This document shows, piece by piece, positions 62,901 to 64,000 of a DNA stretch of 64,000 nt. A model generated the notes under the pieces. It made no database searches and had not been told where the DNA came from. It saw only the letters and a program-made list of their open reading frames with translations. The stretch comes from Adineta vaga. Its lineage: Eukaryota > Animalia > Rotifera. The stretch's first letter is position 1. Each line of letters opens with the position of its first letter. The position numbers and the translations under genes were made by a program. The stretch is from NCBI GenBank assembly GCA_021613535.1, contig CP075492.1:17918001-17982000 (forward strand). The letters run 5' to 3'.

Positions 62901-63350
62901 TTCGAAATTACATCGTCTACAGCTCACATTTTGTAGTGGTGCATTGCAAAGAATAAATTTTACTCTATATATTTTATTCACAGTACTAAAATATCATGTG
63001 TATTTTACTAGATGTCATCAATGCAAGCGGTATTTTTTATGCTTGGATCGGGACCATTTTGTATTCAGTTAATTTATACATGGTGTACAGCCAACGTTCC
63101 CAAAGATTCATTACGCTTAGCTCAAGAAGCGTTATTTGGTACAATCGTTCGATTGCTCTATGCCTCCACATTTGCTTCACCATTTTACATTTATGTGTTA
63201 TCATCGAATGAAATTCGAGCAGCATTGAGAGGTATTATGAGCGTACCAATTCCAGAAATACCGGCCTCACTGAAACTAGTTGCAGTAACACGAGGCAGAG
63301 TAGCACCGAGTACAGCACCACCAGTTGCAATACTGTCGCTCCAAGAATAG
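60000..63350 (+). CDS. Orphan rhodopsin-like GPCR, 3 exons
   Basis: Exons 60000-60280 (GVFGSLANFWLF..SPCSRYIL), 61239-61626 (CLAAFDGF..ERQLIM) and 63011-63350 (SPFYIYVLSSNEIR); GT-AG boundaries. Confidence 0.85.
62334..62708. mobile_element. Possible piggyBac-like MITE in a GPCR intron
   Basis: TTAA|CCATTTCCAGAC ... GTCATGAAAGGG|TTAA (imperfect TIR). Confidence 0.35.
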
Positions 63351-63815
63351 ATTTCGACAGCAAACTAAATAGAGTAGTAATAAAGTAATTGGAAATTTGT
63401 AACAGGGTCTATCATCGTCTATATAATCTCATTCATCATATTCCGTATTTGGCACACATTCGATCTTATAAAGAGCATAGTCATGTTGTTTTGCTGTGTC
63501 GCTCTTACCTTTAAATATTATTTCGTTCGGTGTTCTATTCTAGTCTCAATTTAATTTCTTATTTCTGTGTTATTAATGGCAATGTTTTTTAGTATGTGTG
63601 CTGTATATGTTGACTGTGTCATTGTGATGGAATTACTGCTCTGTGACAATCCTTGGACTAGAGAAGTATCGGTAAGAGTTTTCATGGTCGAATGATGAGT
63701 TTTATTCAATAAATTCATTTTACTGTTATCTTTTGATTTTGATTTCTTTCTTTTTTTTATTTTGCAAAATAGTTATGATTATTCAATCCTAACAGTACAA
63801 TAGTTGTAGAAATAG

Positions 63816-63818
<3 letters not shown>

Positions 63819-63881
<63 letters not shown>
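63819..63881. repeat. (AG)n microsatellite
   Basis: About 31 AG units. Confidence 0.95.
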
Positions 63882-63885
<4 letters not shown>

Positions 63886-64000
63886 ACCATTACATAATAA
63901 ACAAATAAATCGACACCATATATAGAGTAAGTAGTGAGCAAAAAATCTAGGTAACACAAAAATTCACAACTCATCAACAAAAAGAATTAGGAAGAGATGA

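Noticed and set aside
63757-63980. ORFs with LSLSLS runs
   Set aside because: They are translations of the (AG)n microsatellite.

Overview
This is AT-rich eukaryotic genomic DNA with short GT-AG introns. The gene families are typical of a bdelloid rotifer (Adineta/Rotaria-like; inferred from content, not proven): NHL-repeat and FG-GAP/VCBS proteins, orphan rhodopsin-like GPCRs, a Cys-rich multi-TM repeat family, a caspase-like/NHL fusion, an RdRP relic and several apparently foreign enzymes. Intact-looking genes are mixed with pseudogenes, hAT and Tc1/IS630 transposase relics and many MITEs. Two observations stand out. (1) About 15 complete copies and a few half copies of a 40-80 bp palindrome have inward-facing arms of TGAGGG/TGTGGG hexamers, which match the reported bdelloid telomeric repeats, around an 15-30 nt spacer. 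I see no target-site duplication. They repeatedly sit exactly at truncation or deletion junctions of transposase relics and other gene fragments and at gene boundaries, which suggests an undescribed break-repair, recombination or TE-deletion mechanism. (2) Four co-oriented minus-strand, nearly intronless, non-metazoan-like enzymes with N-terminal membrane anchors (GT71 mannosyltransferase, sulfotransferase, fungal-type GT2, SAM methyltransferase) may form a horizontally assembled Golgi glycan-modification cluster. All family assignments come from motif recognition by eye; no database searches were run.
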